64,000 nucleotides of DNA from Eledone cirrhosa (Eukaryota): NCBI GenBank assembly GCA_964016885.1, contig OZ024740.1, positions 372,434,001 to 372,498,000 on the forward strand. The letters run 5' to 3'. The notes beneath the pieces are model-generated. The model did no database searches and had not been told where the DNA came from. It was given only the letters and a program-made list of their open reading frames with translations. This document shows, in pieces, positions 1-13,225 of this stretch (its first letter is position 1; every line of letters starts with the position of its first letter). Position numbers and translations under genes: made by a program.

Positions 1-1523
1 CAAATAGCTTCTGCGATAAAACTACAGACAAAATAATCTAGCCGTAAGACAACAATGATGTAGAATCTTTGGCATTTTAAATTATTCTGTTGCAAGTATT
101 GAGAGCTGAATTTATAAGTTTTATAGCAGTTTGATATATAGTTGCATGCATCTGAATACCATATTCTCGTTTCAACTTAAGAATCGCACTTAAGCACGGT
201 GTTGAATTATTTTCTGAATTTATTCATCTTGCCGAACTAAATACTCTTGCATAACCTTCTCAGAACTTGCAACATTCAGTAGGATTAACTGTATCGATTT
301 ATTAAAATGATCTGACATTACTATATGTTCTGAAGCTTTTCCTCTCACATATGAGTAAAATAAAAATATGCAAGCCAGTCTTCAAGAAAATTATATAACG
401 TTTATCCAGACTAAATTCATCAAGATCGGTTGAAAGCATAAGTTATATGGCAGCTCGAAGGAGGTAAATAAAACTTTAATGCCCCTTTTCTCTTTGCACC
501 TAACGATACGTTTTATATAAAGTGATAGTTCTATAATTAGAGAGTAGTATGGCAATATATTGCGTTTTATTTCCGGGAGCAAACTACAAAGATAAAACCA
601 AAACAATTACTCAGAAACGTAAAAAGATATTACTTGGAATGAAAGAAAGAGAAATAGAAATATATCAAGGGGCTTTAAAATGAAATTGATATTGGGGGAT
701 TTCAGTTGTGCAATAACATTAGGGATAAAAATGCATGAACTTTATTTCCATCTTATTAAAATGCCATCACGGATTCTTAAAAGAGATATTGTCAAGTTGT
801 CAAGTTATGTTTTCTTAACGTAACGCAGTGAATTTCTAATCTATCATTAGAACTCTTCTTATACTTAAAAAGTAACTACTTATCAAATTTTAAGCGAAGA
901 GAGAAAGTTATTTCGAAGCATTTCCAAAACTAGGGATTATAAAAATATAGCTTCCAGTTATAACTACCAGTATACATATTCTAAATTTAATCATTCGAAA
1001 GAGTAATGTTGATATTCGTAAATGTTGAAATTATTCTCCAATTCCTAACAACAAAGACCTAACATTTCCTACGTCACTAACATTCTCTCAAATCCGAATG
1101 TATTTTAAGAGCGTAAATGACGGGTTCGAATATTCTAGCAGATTGCAACACTTCTGAGAGACATGATCAACTTAAATGCGGGAAGTTTTGAATATAATGT
1201 AAGAAAGAGATATATAGACTGACCTTCTCGTATATTATCTGACGTTGGTAACAGACGGTCAAAAAATTAAGAAAGCGACGAGATAAAAATAATAATTATA
1301 TTACAATCAGTGCGAGATAATATTCACAGTCACACGAGCAGTCACTAATAACAGTCAAATGTTCATAAAACCTCAGACCTTTAATAAATATTCTATAATA
1401 TTGGCCCATATAAAATGCCTGAAAACAAATAATCGGATAGATACGAATGGGAAATATTTGACCATAGATATGTATGATAATGGATGCATTCAGACACACA
1501 TACTGACAAACAGACAGACACAT

Positions 1524-1557
<34 letters not shown>

Positions 1558-2560
1558 GCGGCCTGCCCGCCCAGCCAGTGGGATGGCATCATCATATGGC
1601 TAAAACAGCACGTGCTGTGACCAGCGACGCCGATTGGCGCCCGACTGGTCGGTCAAAGTGATCAAGGTGATATATATATTAAAAAGTGTTGAATAACAAT
1701 TAATCGTTTCAGGTAAGTGGAATGATATTTGATACATGATCAAATCTGTTATGTCACGATAAAATCAAGTTGTGAATGCGTGCCAACCATAATCTTCTAC
1801 CAATACAACCAAATTATTTGCTGCTGTTTGTCAATGGGTTTATTTCGACCAAGAAAGAAAGATTTAAAATTTTGACCGTCGCGTTTTAGGGGGTGTGTGG
1901 GATTATATTATCTAGCTTGGTCATTCCTTTTTAAGCTGTTCCAACGTGGTTTCATGAATATTTCGCCGTTGCTTATTGTAGGGCAAACGACTAGAGGGAG
2001 AGTACCTGACTACGTGGAAAACTACTGCATAATAATATCATCAGAAGTAGACATTGTATATTACTACTTAAATCTTCAGAGGAAGATTCTTATTGGTTAT
2101 TTGAAAAAAGTCTGTGATTTGTTTCAAAGGAAATATGAAATAGCTAATTTATTGAATTCGGTGGACATCTATAAATAAACGAAAAATTTACCATAAAATT
2201 GATTTTGTTTCTTTTAACTTGGCAAAATCTATTACAGTTTTGGCAAGAAAGATATTTTAGTTCGAAATGGAATTAGAATTGCATCATAAACGCTTGGTCT
2301 ATGGTATTTACCTGTGTCTGAAATGTTTATTCGTTAAAGCGGCAAATAGTTTGATCAAAAGCTACATGATTTGCCTGATAGTAGTTGGTTCTGTCTTGGG
2401 AAGTATAGCAAATCAGCTGCTGTGAGATTTGAACGTGAAAGAAAATAAAGTGATATAAAGATTTTAGACTGACTTTGTATATATATAATTTAGTTAAAAT
2501 TATAGTGAATATTTTAGTTGCGTTTGTCCATATCTCATTTCTATCGTGTAGAATGGTTAT
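1..2560 (-). mobile_element. Possible highly degenerate hAT-like DNA transposase remnant, interrupted by microsatellite/SINE at about 1480-1670
   Basis: The minus strand near 225-280 reads like a broken hAT C-terminal motif (..SSE..RVFSSAR). There is no intact ORF and the boundaries are uncertain. Confidence 0.25.
1558..1670 (+). mobile_element. SINE 3' fragment (octopus-type)
   Basis: GC-rich island (gcctgcccgcccagccagtgggatggcatc...gctaaaaca...gtgaccagcga...ctggtcggtca) between TA repeats. It resembles an abundant octopus SINE body from memory; not verified by search. Confidence 0.45.
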
Positions 2561-4002
2561 TTATATTTGATATTGCTTTGTTGAATTTCCTCACTTCTAC
2601 TGTGGTTTTCAGTATCTTCCAGCATACATTCCTGTTTCTCCTATTCTCTGACATACTGGAATAGATTATGATATCATTCCTCGTGTAGAATATATATATA
2701 CTAGCGGCTTCCCGACCTTAACCCCCTTGTTTGACCTGTGCTCTAATCTATTCATAAGGTACCTAGTGCCATCTGATATAATACGTACTTTGCTTAGAAT
2801 AAAATATGTTAAAAGGCATTAGAAAATTGCATAACATAATTTAAAAGAAATATTTAGAATATCTAAATACAGAAGGTTTGTGGGGTCTTCATAGTTTGGA
2901 ATAATCTAAATAGAATTGTGAGAAACGTGAGAAACAACCCTCTTTTAGATGGGGACCGACAACATGCAGTGTTTGACCTTTGGATTTGTTAATGGTCATT
3001 GCGTAACTGATTCTCACTGGGAATTACAATCATTTAAATCGAAAGGGGACATCTGGTATTAACGGTATTATAGGCATACATATATTGTCTCTCTTATTAC
3101 ATCCACTGAGGGTTTTTGGCTTCGATAATATGAAGCTGTTGTTTAGTCCAACCATACTCGTCGCGTTACACAATTTTTGTTAATCCATGTTTCTGAAAAG
3201 CAGGGTCACTGTGCCCTTCTTCAATGCAAGTTTGTGTGGCTGCCTGCCGGACGGTTGCAGATATTTGAGAATGTCAACGTGATAATAAACATGAAAATGT
3301 TTATCTGTCAAACAATAAATAAATCTCCGGTTTATGGCCAACGTGCCCTCATACCTACAGCAAACGCTTATACCTCATAAATCCTGACTCCAAGTACATT
3401 TTATCTGTTATTTATTTACCACCTTTACACTACATCTAATGTACACTATAGCAGTTTTCACATGTCAATTTCATTCATCTGTATCCTATCAGTTCGTTTA
3501 ACATTCTAAATTCATCATTATACTCTATTTCTTACTTATATTGATGTTATTATTTTAACTATTCAGTATCTAGGTATTTTAATATTGATATTATTGTTCT
3601 GGTTTAATACCACTCCTCTATAAAAGCCATGCCTTGTGTATTTTCTTCACTTTCGCGTGCTCTGATGAAAACGACTGGTTATAAACTAAGTATTGGAGAT
3701 CGATTGATGCAAAATCAGGCGAGTAGCGAACTCTAGACCTACCAGATCAAAGAAACAATTGTCAGCAATGTGAATAAAGCCCTTATTGTATAGCAAACCA
3801 TGTCACTCTTCTTTCTTGAATTATTATTACTCCAAGTATAAACTACATAGAAATCACCGCGAACTCGCAGCATCACTATGGAAAGGTTTTGTTGAGTCAA
3901 ACTAAGCCACACGTTAATACTATCCACCACACAGAGTACTCTAACTGGACTACATCCAAGTTGACTGCATGTAAAGATAACCTGTTATCCCGTATATATA
4001 TA

Positions 4003-7000
4003 TAAGCAAGATGTATGGTAGGTCGTACGTAAATCGCGATGATCACGCCTGACCTACCAAATATGCGACGGTAGCTAGTTAAGCTCTATGCGTATAAGCA
4101 TAGCAGAAATATTAAGGAAAAAGAACAAAGGAACTTTTATGACATTATAACAAGTTTATTGCCGACAGCCGTTTCGTCCGACCATATGGTGGGACTTTTC
4201 AAGGCATATAACAGGTAATTGTAAGTTCATTATTTTCATCAACGTTTCACTCAAGATTAGCAGTTTGAAATCGTGGTATACACCAACAGCTCAGCTTGTA
4301 TATTTGGGGTCTATATTCTAAGAGGGCTCTTTTATATTAGTAGTAGGAGTTGCAAAAGGGATGGGTTATAGGCAATTAAGAGAATTTGAAAAGGGCCTAA
4401 AAGTTAGGGATTGAAGGTTAAAAATTAAAGAATTTATAAGTTACGCATTAAAAGTAAAAGACTTGGGATCTCTTAAAAGCACCTTAAAAAATCCCTCAAT
4501 AAGCGCATAAAGCTTATAAGCCTCAATAACCCTAAAATAAAAGTTTCCTAAAAAATTCCTTCAAAAACAATTTTTCTAAGAAATTCCCTTAAAAAATTTA
4601 AGAAAATTTACGAAGATTTAATAATCCCTACGAAAGTTCTAAACTCAAACATTAAAAATTAAAAATTAGGGAAAAAAACTTTCAATAAGATTTAAGATTA
4701 AGCAATCTTATATATCCAAGATTAAAAATTAAAGATTAAGAGGTTGAACATTAAACTTAATTTTAAAAATTAAGAAATAAATAGTTGAAAGAAATTAATC
4801 AATTAAAGGTTAATTCAAAAAGTCTTAAAAAAATCCCTCAGAAAAGGCCCCTTTAATATTTTTAATAAAAACCTCTTCCGAAAGACCATTCAAAGAATTA
4901 ACATTTTAGAGAACCTCTTAAAATATATATAAATGAATTGATGAAAATTACAAATTAAAAATTACGGGATTTGGGAGATCCGATGAATTTCCAAAGGGTT
5001 GCTTCAACAGATACAACAACTTAGGTATAATAAATAAAGTAATTTAAGTAATCCAATTAAGGAGCAATTCAAAGAGCTTATCAAGTTGGGCTCGAAGATT
5101 AAAGAAAATGATAAGTAAGAAAATATATAAACAAAAAGACAATAATTATAAAATGTATTTTTAAGAAGGTAGTAAATAGCTTCAGTAATCTAATAATGTA
5201 TTATCAAAAAATTATTAATATAGGATTAACAAAGATATAATAATATATTCCTGCCTAATTAACAAACAATTAATAAACAATTAACAGTCAAGCAAATTTA
5301 CTCAGGCATATCCCACACACGGATACTTTACACACATACAGCAAGATGAACAATACAGGTGACCTTGTAGGTGCGATATCCATTGTGCGCATGCAATCAT
5401 CTGCATAGCTCCAGGCACAGTTGGTCTTGTTTAAAAGTTCCGAGTTCACGAATCAACTGGGATTCACTATCAGCTGTGTGCACTCTCTGGGAGATGGACC
5501 CGCGGATCAAACAGCTAGTGGTCGCGGGGTGTGGTGGTTCGTTCGATCTTTTCCATGTAGTTTCGGTCGTGCCAGTTATTAAGCCATGCGTGGGATCGCA
5601 CGCGTTTGCGATAGATCAGCCTGCCGGTTCTAAATCCAAGGTTTTGCTGTATAGGATATATTGGTGTACATGATATATTGGTAAAAAATCCAGTATGGAC
5701 TTGACTGGGGTGGTATATTGCGTCTCTCGCTATTACCCCCTCCTCTCACCAATTCCAAGTTCACACGCGACTGGTCAAATGCTAAGGGCTGTCCCCTCTT
5801 TGTTTGTTGTAGGGGTCGGTTCTAGCTTAGATGGTGGTCGTGTTATCCATGTTGCTTCTATATCCCGTCAGTCATGCATACTCAAGACAGATCACGGTAT
5901 ATATTCATATATTTGTGGGTATGGTCCGGCGTCTACGCTATCCAAAGGATCTCTCTTGTGGTATTTTCAAATTCGCATGTCATCTCCCGGTTAAGTCTGC
6001 GCATGCTTCGGTGAATCCCGTGCATGGAATATTGGGGTATCATATTACACGGGGTGACTATCAGAAAATACATACTCCATGCTACCGCGCACGCGCAGGC
6101 TTGTGGCTACGACCATGTCCAGTCTCGAGTAGTGGCTGACAGCAGGTAGACCAGCAAGATACACCCCAGTTCAAGGGACACAACCCCTAACTTATCGAGT
6201 GGTCAGACATCAAGGGAGTCAACTCTCCAAACCCATTATGTCAACCGTGGTAATATACAAAAAAATCCTTATTAATAAAGAACTAACTCAAAAAGAACCC
6301 CTTATTAATAAAGAACTAACTCAAAAAAATGAATGGGAGAGACTGGGGAGGGGGAGCTATTATGGGCGGGGGTTTACTAGGGGAGGGGGGGGGGTGATTG
6401 GTTACAGGCAGGGAACGGCCGCCACATTGGGTGCTCCGCTACTGTTCCCTTGGGCAAATTCCCGAATTTGTTGATATCTAACCCCGATGGTACATCCTCA
6501 GACCTGGCAACGTAGGTCCAGGCACTCGCAATATCCCACACTGCAGGCACCAGCGGCCCCCAGAGCGCCCAGCAACAATGCTGCCACCAATCCAACTTTG
6601 GCAAGTGGGACACAGGATTGACTGTTCCTCACCACAGTCCCCATCGGCAAGTGCGGAGCCGAGGCATCAATCGGGCCGGGGTTACTCAAGAGCACCCTAT
6701 TCGCCAGCGGGGCAGCCATGTGCGAGACAGGGTGGGGTCAGGTTTAGGTGTCTGGTCTGATGAAAAAGAAAGAGCTAAATATAGTATGGGGGCAGGACGA
6801 GAAGATTTCTTACCTCCTGTTGAGCAAGTTAAGTCCTGAGAATACTATGGCATGAGATTCAGTTAGGCACAGGCTACAAAACCTGCTCAACGAGCTATAT
6901 GGAGGAGCTTTAGTAAGGCATCTCCAGCTTAGTGTGTAGGGGGGTTTCGCTTGTTTTAAGTTATGTATGTGTCCCGCTAACGACGTGGTATTTTTAAGCT

Positions 7001-8386
7001 TCTCATTTCGGAAGCTATGCTGGTGGGCGTTGAATATCGATTTGAACTGGTTAGCGGTTGACCCCACATACGTCTTAGTATACGTGTCTGTGGTTACGTT
7101 ACAAGCATATACTACGTTCTTAATAAGGCAGTCTCCAGCTAGTGGGCATTTGTCCTTCCGTCGGCAATTACACTTCCTAATAGGGTCATGCTCCTCAATC
7201 AGGGGTGCATGTCCCTCCAACGGCCGCGGGGCTGCCTAGTGGGACCGGGTCTATTGCCTGTTATCCCCCTGGGTCTTCCACTCAGTGGGTCGGTCCCATG
7301 TTGGCGTGTGTACTGGCGTGGTTCACTATTTCGGATGGCCTTAAGACCCTCTTTAATCTTACTCTTATTGGTCTCAGCTAGGTGGTAGGCCAGATTAGGG
7401 GTTGTCGAGTACGATAGTTTGATAGTATTCTTATTGATGACACTACCGTACCTACTACCTGGGGGGGGGGGGTTCCTATCTATTAAAGAGAAAAAAGATT
7501 TGGAGAGGTCTGTAATAATATTAGAGTTGAAGGGCGGGTTAAAGAAGGTGCTATTACGTCTTCTATTCTTTCCACTGCGTTTCTTATCCCCTATGCTGCT
7601 TACCCTCCCTTTATCTAGATTATTACGGGTTCTACCAGGTGTTCGTCCTGGGCTCCCGGTGGTATGTGTATTGGTCTCGAATCTTCTAGACCTCTGGCCC
7701 CCGTTTTCACTGTTGGTCTTGCTTGGGGCGGCGTAAAGCTTTCCAGCCGTGCGGGCCCTATCCGAGTCTGCATTGCGAGTGTTGGTGTTCTTAGCTAAAT
7801 TCTTATTGTCCCTATTCATCTTTCTAGACCTCCCTCCATCCCCCATGGACATATTATGCGTGATTATAGTGCTGGGTTGGGGTAGTGGGTGGTACCGTTT
7901 GTCTCAATATAATGAAGTTTATCTTTGTGCCCTGACCTAGCTAGCGCCTTATTGTAATACTCCGCATTTGCCTCAAATGCGGTCACGTTGCTAGATAGTC
8001 CGCTAATCCTACTAGATACTCCCTTAACTATTGCTTTGAGGACTGAGCCTGGGTGGTTGGAGTTGGCATTGACGTATGTCAGCCTCTCGTTAGGTTTATG
8101 GTACGGTGTATATTCTAATTTATCTAGGTCTATTTCTATCCATAGTTATTGATAGGTTAAAGTTCTTGAAGAATTTATATAGGTCCTTTCAAGTTCTTTC
8201 TAGGTTGTGTCGTTTAAACTCCACAGTAAGCAATGCGTCGTCACGGTACATCCCACCTCTGAGGTGTGGGAACTGCTCGTTGAGCTCCTTGAGCAGGTAC
8301 AAGCCGACGAGCTCTGTCACCTGTGCCGAGTCACTAGACCCCATAGTGATGTCAAAGTTATTATGTGTGTTCTTGCGCGTCCAAGA

Positions 8387-8387
<1 letters not shown>
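4003..8387 (-). mobile_element. 5'-truncated Penelope-like element (RT C-terminal part, linker, GIY-YIG endonuclease, long 3' UTR with hammerhead), frameshifted
   Basis: Minus-strand peptides [27 protein letters not shown] (8230-8385), FFNPPFNSNI..KNTIKLSYSTTPN (7390-7560) and CNCRRKDKCPL..VVY..YVGST..CSLCLTE..LLNRR (6810-7180) are homologous to the 737-aa ORF. The 3' boundary is inferred from the hammerhead/AATAAA and the TA run near 3993-4003. Confidence 0.85.
4160..4206 (-). ncRNA. Minimal type I hammerhead ribozyme, U3:A8 core variant
   Basis: Minus strand reads UGCC-UUGAAAA-GUCC(c ACCAUAUGGU c)GGAC-GAAAC-GGCU-GUC-GGCA, with stems I, II and a tiny stem III and a GUC cleavage triplet. AATAAA follows immediately. 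Confidence 0.75.
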
Positions 8388-8468
<81 letters not shown>

Positions 8469-8470
8469 AA

Positions 8471-8518
<48 letters not shown>

Positions 8519-8520
8519 AA

Positions 8521-8570
<50 letters not shown>

Positions 8571-8572
8571 AA

Positions 8573-8612
<40 letters not shown>

Positions 8613-8614
8613 AA

Positions 8615-8679
<65 letters not shown>
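8381..8679. repeat. Composite repeat [CCAAGAA(TA)n] x5 at the PLE truncation point
   Basis: ccaagaa occurs at about 8381, 8467, 8517, 8569 and 8611, separated by (TA)n runs. Confidence 0.9.
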
Positions 8680-8681
<2 letters not shown>

Positions 8682-8954
8682 ATAGTATTGAAGTTTGCCT
8701 GAAGCATTGTGGAATAATAAGATATATTTTCTTTAGATCGATTTGGAAGCCTAAACAATGCAGATGGGTAATTCTCATGGTAACAAGATCCGGTGGTGAA
8801 GAGAGAGATGTATAGATATATATAAATATGTAAGAAATAGGATTTCGCTTCAAGCATAGCTTTACGCAATATGTATAATAATTTCGTATTTCCAGAGAAA
8901 TATGGTTTTAGGAAGCTGTAGCTATGCAAACACCGATGGTGATGACCAGCATAT

Positions 8955-9161
8955 ATATATAACGAAGGAGGTGTGGTAAGGAGCCAGGTGGACCATAACG
9001 CACCGGAGTAGTCAATACTTAGGGTAGTAGAGTGGATAATAGGTAAATGTTCAAGACCCCGACGGCAGAGCTCAAGCCGTTTCGACGGCTATTTTTGGAC
9101 TCCAGAAATAGCCGTCGAAACGACTTGAGCTCTGCCGTCGGGGTCTTGAACATTTTCCTAT
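8955..9161 (-). mobile_element. PLE 3'-terminal (pLTR) fragment with a fold-back palindrome at 9039-9161
   Basis: Homologous to the 3' end of the PLE at 19565-19710 and to 52695-52795 and 60017-60199. The near-perfect inverted repeat is centred on 9100, and TA repeats flank both sides. Confidence 0.75.
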
Positions 9162-9203
9162 ATATATATATATATATATATAGATATATATACATACGTA
9201 GAA

Positions 9204-9286
<83 letters not shown>

Positions 9287-9344
9287 AATATATATATATA
9301 TATACATATACATATGTGTGTATATATATATGTATATATATATG

Positions 9345-9533
9345 TCGTTTCTGAATTTGTTTAGCAAGATTCTTTATCTGAAATCGTGTGTTGAAACCGA
9401 TATTGTTATACTTTGGGAGGGTCATGTTGCCAACAAGAAACACACGCACCAAATATATAATAAATTGAAGTGAAAGCAACTGGTGCGTGTGTTTCTTGTG
9501 CCGCAACATGACCCTCCCAAAGTATAACAATAT
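9345..9533. mobile_element. Terminal fragment of the PLE family at 13.2-14.2 kb and 58.6-60.0 kb, with an internal inversion
   Basis: 9345-9450 matches 58572-58677. 9399-9450 is inverted relative to 9481-9533. Confidence 0.75.
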
Positions 9534-9609
9534 ATATATATGTATATATATGTGTGTATATATATATCTATATACAAATATATATACATATATATATATA
9601 CGTATAAAT

Positions 9610-9648
<39 letters not shown>

Positions 9649-10257
9649 TATATATATATACGTGTGTGTGCGTAAGTTTTAGCTGGTTAGAGAGGGGAGG
9701 ATGTTGATTGAGTGAAAGATAGAGTATTGTCCTTTTAAAGTATTATAGAATAACAAACATACACACACACATACATACAGACATACACACACACATACAT
9801 ACACATACACACAAACGGAAATACACATAACATTTTAGTTTGTTAGAGAGGGGGAGAAGTGGAATGAGTGAGAGCTGAAGTAGTATTTCTCTATATATAT
9901 ACAGATAGCATGACAGACTAAAAAACAACATTGGTGTGCTAAAAAGAGCTTTAAATTCTCTCCATTTCATTTTCAGAAGATAAGTCGACAGCGCACTTGA
10001 CGGAGGTCAGATTAGTTGAAAACGCACTAAAAACCTCAATTTTATTTAGTAAACAAACTTCCTTTTTATAAGAATATAAATAGATATATTTGATAAGCAT
10101 TGCAGCAAACACAGACACACTCATACGCTCAGGGAAGTCTGGGCAGTACACTACATGGGAGTAGATGTCCACTGAAGCAGTTAGAGAAACACTAGTACTT
10201 CGTGGCACTATGAACGAATGATGGAAGGCAGGATACTTACTTAAGTGCACGTATTTC

Positions 10258-10590
10258 TTGAGCGAGTGATGTAATGACCATCTTCAGTAGAGGGTGTAAA
10301 AGCCAAATTCGCTATCTTCAATGTTGTATTCTTGCCAAACCTTAACTATTGTCATGAATGTTAAGTAAAGATCGAAAGAATACGATCGCGAATGCAATCA
10401 GGCAAAATGGGGTTCCTAACGTTACTCTAAGAGAGTAACATTACTCTATAGAATGCGTTACTCAATTATCAGGGTGTAGCTCCCGGTAGAACTGCTACTT
10501 CTTCAAATTGTGAGATCATTGCTGCAACACTAAGGACCTGGTGTCAGAATGTTGCAGAAAAGAATCGTTGGACAGCTTCTGCGATCAACC
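10258..10590 (+). mobile_element. Degenerate RTE-like LINE 3' fragment
   Basis: Broken reading resembling AIF..V.LP.L.Y.HE...RSRMQ..KMGFL..VELLLLQI.RS.L, typical of RTE C-terminal regions. Confidence 0.4.
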
Positions 10591-10835
10591 TGTATTTTAT
10601 TACTAGTAGTATACGACCAACCTGTATATTATTACTACTAGTATATTAATTGCAGATTATGATGAGTACCGATATTGCGTAATTTTAGCCAATTTCATTA
10701 CGAGTAGAAACATTTCTATGAGTTGGGTTTTTACCGTTTATGTTGTCCCTGTTAGTCAACATATTAGACATTAACGTACTAGTGACTTTACTTTGAAGTT
10801 CATATTATTAATGTTATCATTATTTCTAATACATT

Positions 10836-10985
10836 CAGGGTGGTGGATTGACAGTATCGGTAGAGTGTCGGAATCCATGCTTGGTAGCATAGAGTGACGC
10901 CGTTTACGTTCTCAGTTCAAATCCTGCCGACGTTAGTTTTGCCTTTCATCCTTCAAAATATGGCTTTGTGTCTAAAGTAGAAACA
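10836..10985 (+). mobile_element. tRNA-derived SINE
   Basis: A-box-like head, B-box gttcaaatcc, then ttgcctttcatcc. It is the reverse complement of the copies at 17.7, 26.5, 31.4 and 52.5 kb. Confidence 0.7.
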
Positions 10986-11510
10986 ATCATTCCTAATTCA
11001 AACGTGTTGTGTCCATTAGTCCTGAATGTATTGGTATCTTATTGGTATTTATTATCCTATGTTTGTTATATTTACTACGATGTTTAACAGTAGTATTGCT
11101 TCGGCATAGTACTGCTGTGGGTAATGATATTATTAACGATACTTCTCGTGTAGTTGAAATGTGTTTTCTTGGTATAATTTGCCCGTTCACAAAGCATCAT
11201 TTTACACCTTTTTTCATATGCATTACAAATAAAGGATTTAACAATGAATTTAGTATAATTTTATGAATGGAATACTATTCTCTTGGTTTGTGGTAGGGTC
11301 TGTATAGATTTGTATCTAACTCCTTCCTTTTCACCTCATTTAAGGCATTTATAGTCCTTTACTTTACTTTCCTGCCCTTCTTAACTCCACACCCCCTGTT
11401 TTTCATTATTTATATAATTAAATATGAACGTAATAAATAATTTAATTTAAGAAAAACTCGTAGATTAACACACACGCACACGCACACACGCACGCACACG
11501 CACACACACA

Positions 11511-11570
<60 letters not shown>

Positions 11571-11804
11571 CACTTGTATGTTTATAGTCAAGTTGATTTT
11601 TCTTTTTAAATTAAATTATTTATTTCGTTCCAAATTAATTAGATAAATATACACCCGCTTCGACCAAGAATGAACATGGGATTTACACATAGAATGTTCG
11701 GATAACAATGTATGTGGAAGACCACCAGTCGCTATTTATACGAGTCTTCCCTTTCCACGCCACCGATGATGTCCAAGGAAATGGTAAAGGCGGTTACAAC
11801 TCGG

Positions 11805-11937
11805 TACCAGTGACGTTGCAACTTGAAATAAAGTGTTCTTGCTCAAGGACACAGCACACTGTTCGATCCGGAAATCGAACTCCTGACCTCACGATTGTAA
11901 GTTTAACGCTATAACCACGTATCCATGCGCCTTCACC
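11805..11937 (-). mobile_element. tRNA-derived SINE fragment (second family)
   Basis: Minus strand gtgaaggcgcatgg...gtggtta...gagttcgatttcc...tgtgtccttgagcaagaacacttt has A/B-box-like motifs and a typical SINE core. Confidence 0.65.
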
Positions 11938-13000
11938 ACATATGAATGCATCCATATAAATAAATGGAAACACATACGTACATACAATATATATACAATA
12001 TATATACGTACATACACTACCTCTAGTGGCTTATGTGCCCAACTTGTTTGACTGTGTTCCATTGTCAAAAGGCATGCGTTAAAGCAGCTGACTTTAATCT
12101 TACATACATTCAAAATTCAAAATTTGGAAAATTCTTTTGAGATGCAGACACACACGCAAACATACATACACAGAGACATATATACATATTGTGTGTTGCG
12201 TTAAATATACATATATGTATGTATACATATCAGCATCTTTTATTGTGAATTCTCTATTTTATAATTTACCATTCCATGTAATTCATCACGCTTTTATAAC
12301 GTTCGTTAATGCAATTCTGTTTGGTATTGGTGATTGAAAACATTTTTGTCAGTCACCTCAGTGATCTTTTGATGCTTCTTTTAGCCATTATTCGACGAAC
12401 AGTACGTGACTAAAGTATGAACTAGCGTAATTAACGTGTCGTTTTCAAGAGACCTGTGTAATGAATTGTAACAATGGCAGGAAGCTTGATAAATGAACGA
12501 GCGTAGAAGTCCAAAGAACGGAGAAGCTAAAACGCGACCGCTTTGTAAACAACTATGAGTCAGGGAGAAAAAAGGAAAGGAAACGATGGTAATTAATGAC
12601 ATGTTAGAATTGTGATGCTGATTATAGACAATACTACCTCCAATACTACTACCGGTAACATTGTTCTTAGTGTATAAATTCAATCGATCAAATATCCTAA
12701 TAAAAACGCAATTAATCTGACATTTCTTTATTACTTTCGCCTTAGGTGAGTTTTTTTCGTTTGATGGTCCATGAGACTAAAACACGAAAGAAGTAATTTA
12801 TCAAACAACAGTATTTGTTGTAGGCTTATTCTTATGTTGTGTGTGTGCTATTTTATTTTTTAGAGTTATATATTTGTATAATTTAAAATCGTTTTCAACA
12901 TTGGAGTTTGTTAAAAATGTATAACTGCAAGTGAACGCAATGTTCAATCTAGCAGAGTATTCATTAAATCATTATTTCCTATGTAAATTACAGCAGCAAT

Positions 13001-13088
<88 letters not shown>

Positions 13089-13225
13089 ACATACACACAT
13101 ACACACACACACACACGCACGTACACACACACACTCGCTCACACTGGAGCAAATTTTGGAATAGAATAGAGAGAACTAGGAATAAGGTTAATAGAATAAA
13201 TTCCTGGTATGATAGCAATAAATAC

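Noticed and set aside
6268-6328. Short tandem duplication (another at about 30312-30365)
   Set aside because: Ordinary slippage duplications within element UTRs.
5370-8380. G-rich plus strand (G runs at about 6380 and 7461) as antisense hyper-editing of the 4-8 kb PLE
   Set aside because: Conserved residues in the minus-strand peptides are mostly canonical. Without a consensus I cannot separate editing from family composition.
8381-8679. Repeat-spacer periodicity resembling a CRISPR array
   Set aside because: The repeat is only 7 nt, the spacers are pure TA, the context is eukaryotic and there are no cas genes.
10836-10985. tRNA gene
   Set aside because: A/B-box-like motifs belong to a dispersed SINE family, and no cloverleaf is evident.
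12381-12750. Possible exon or enhancer (100-aa ORF, TGAGTCA and TGTAAACA motifs)
   Set aside because: No recognisable homology, and such short motifs are expected by chance.
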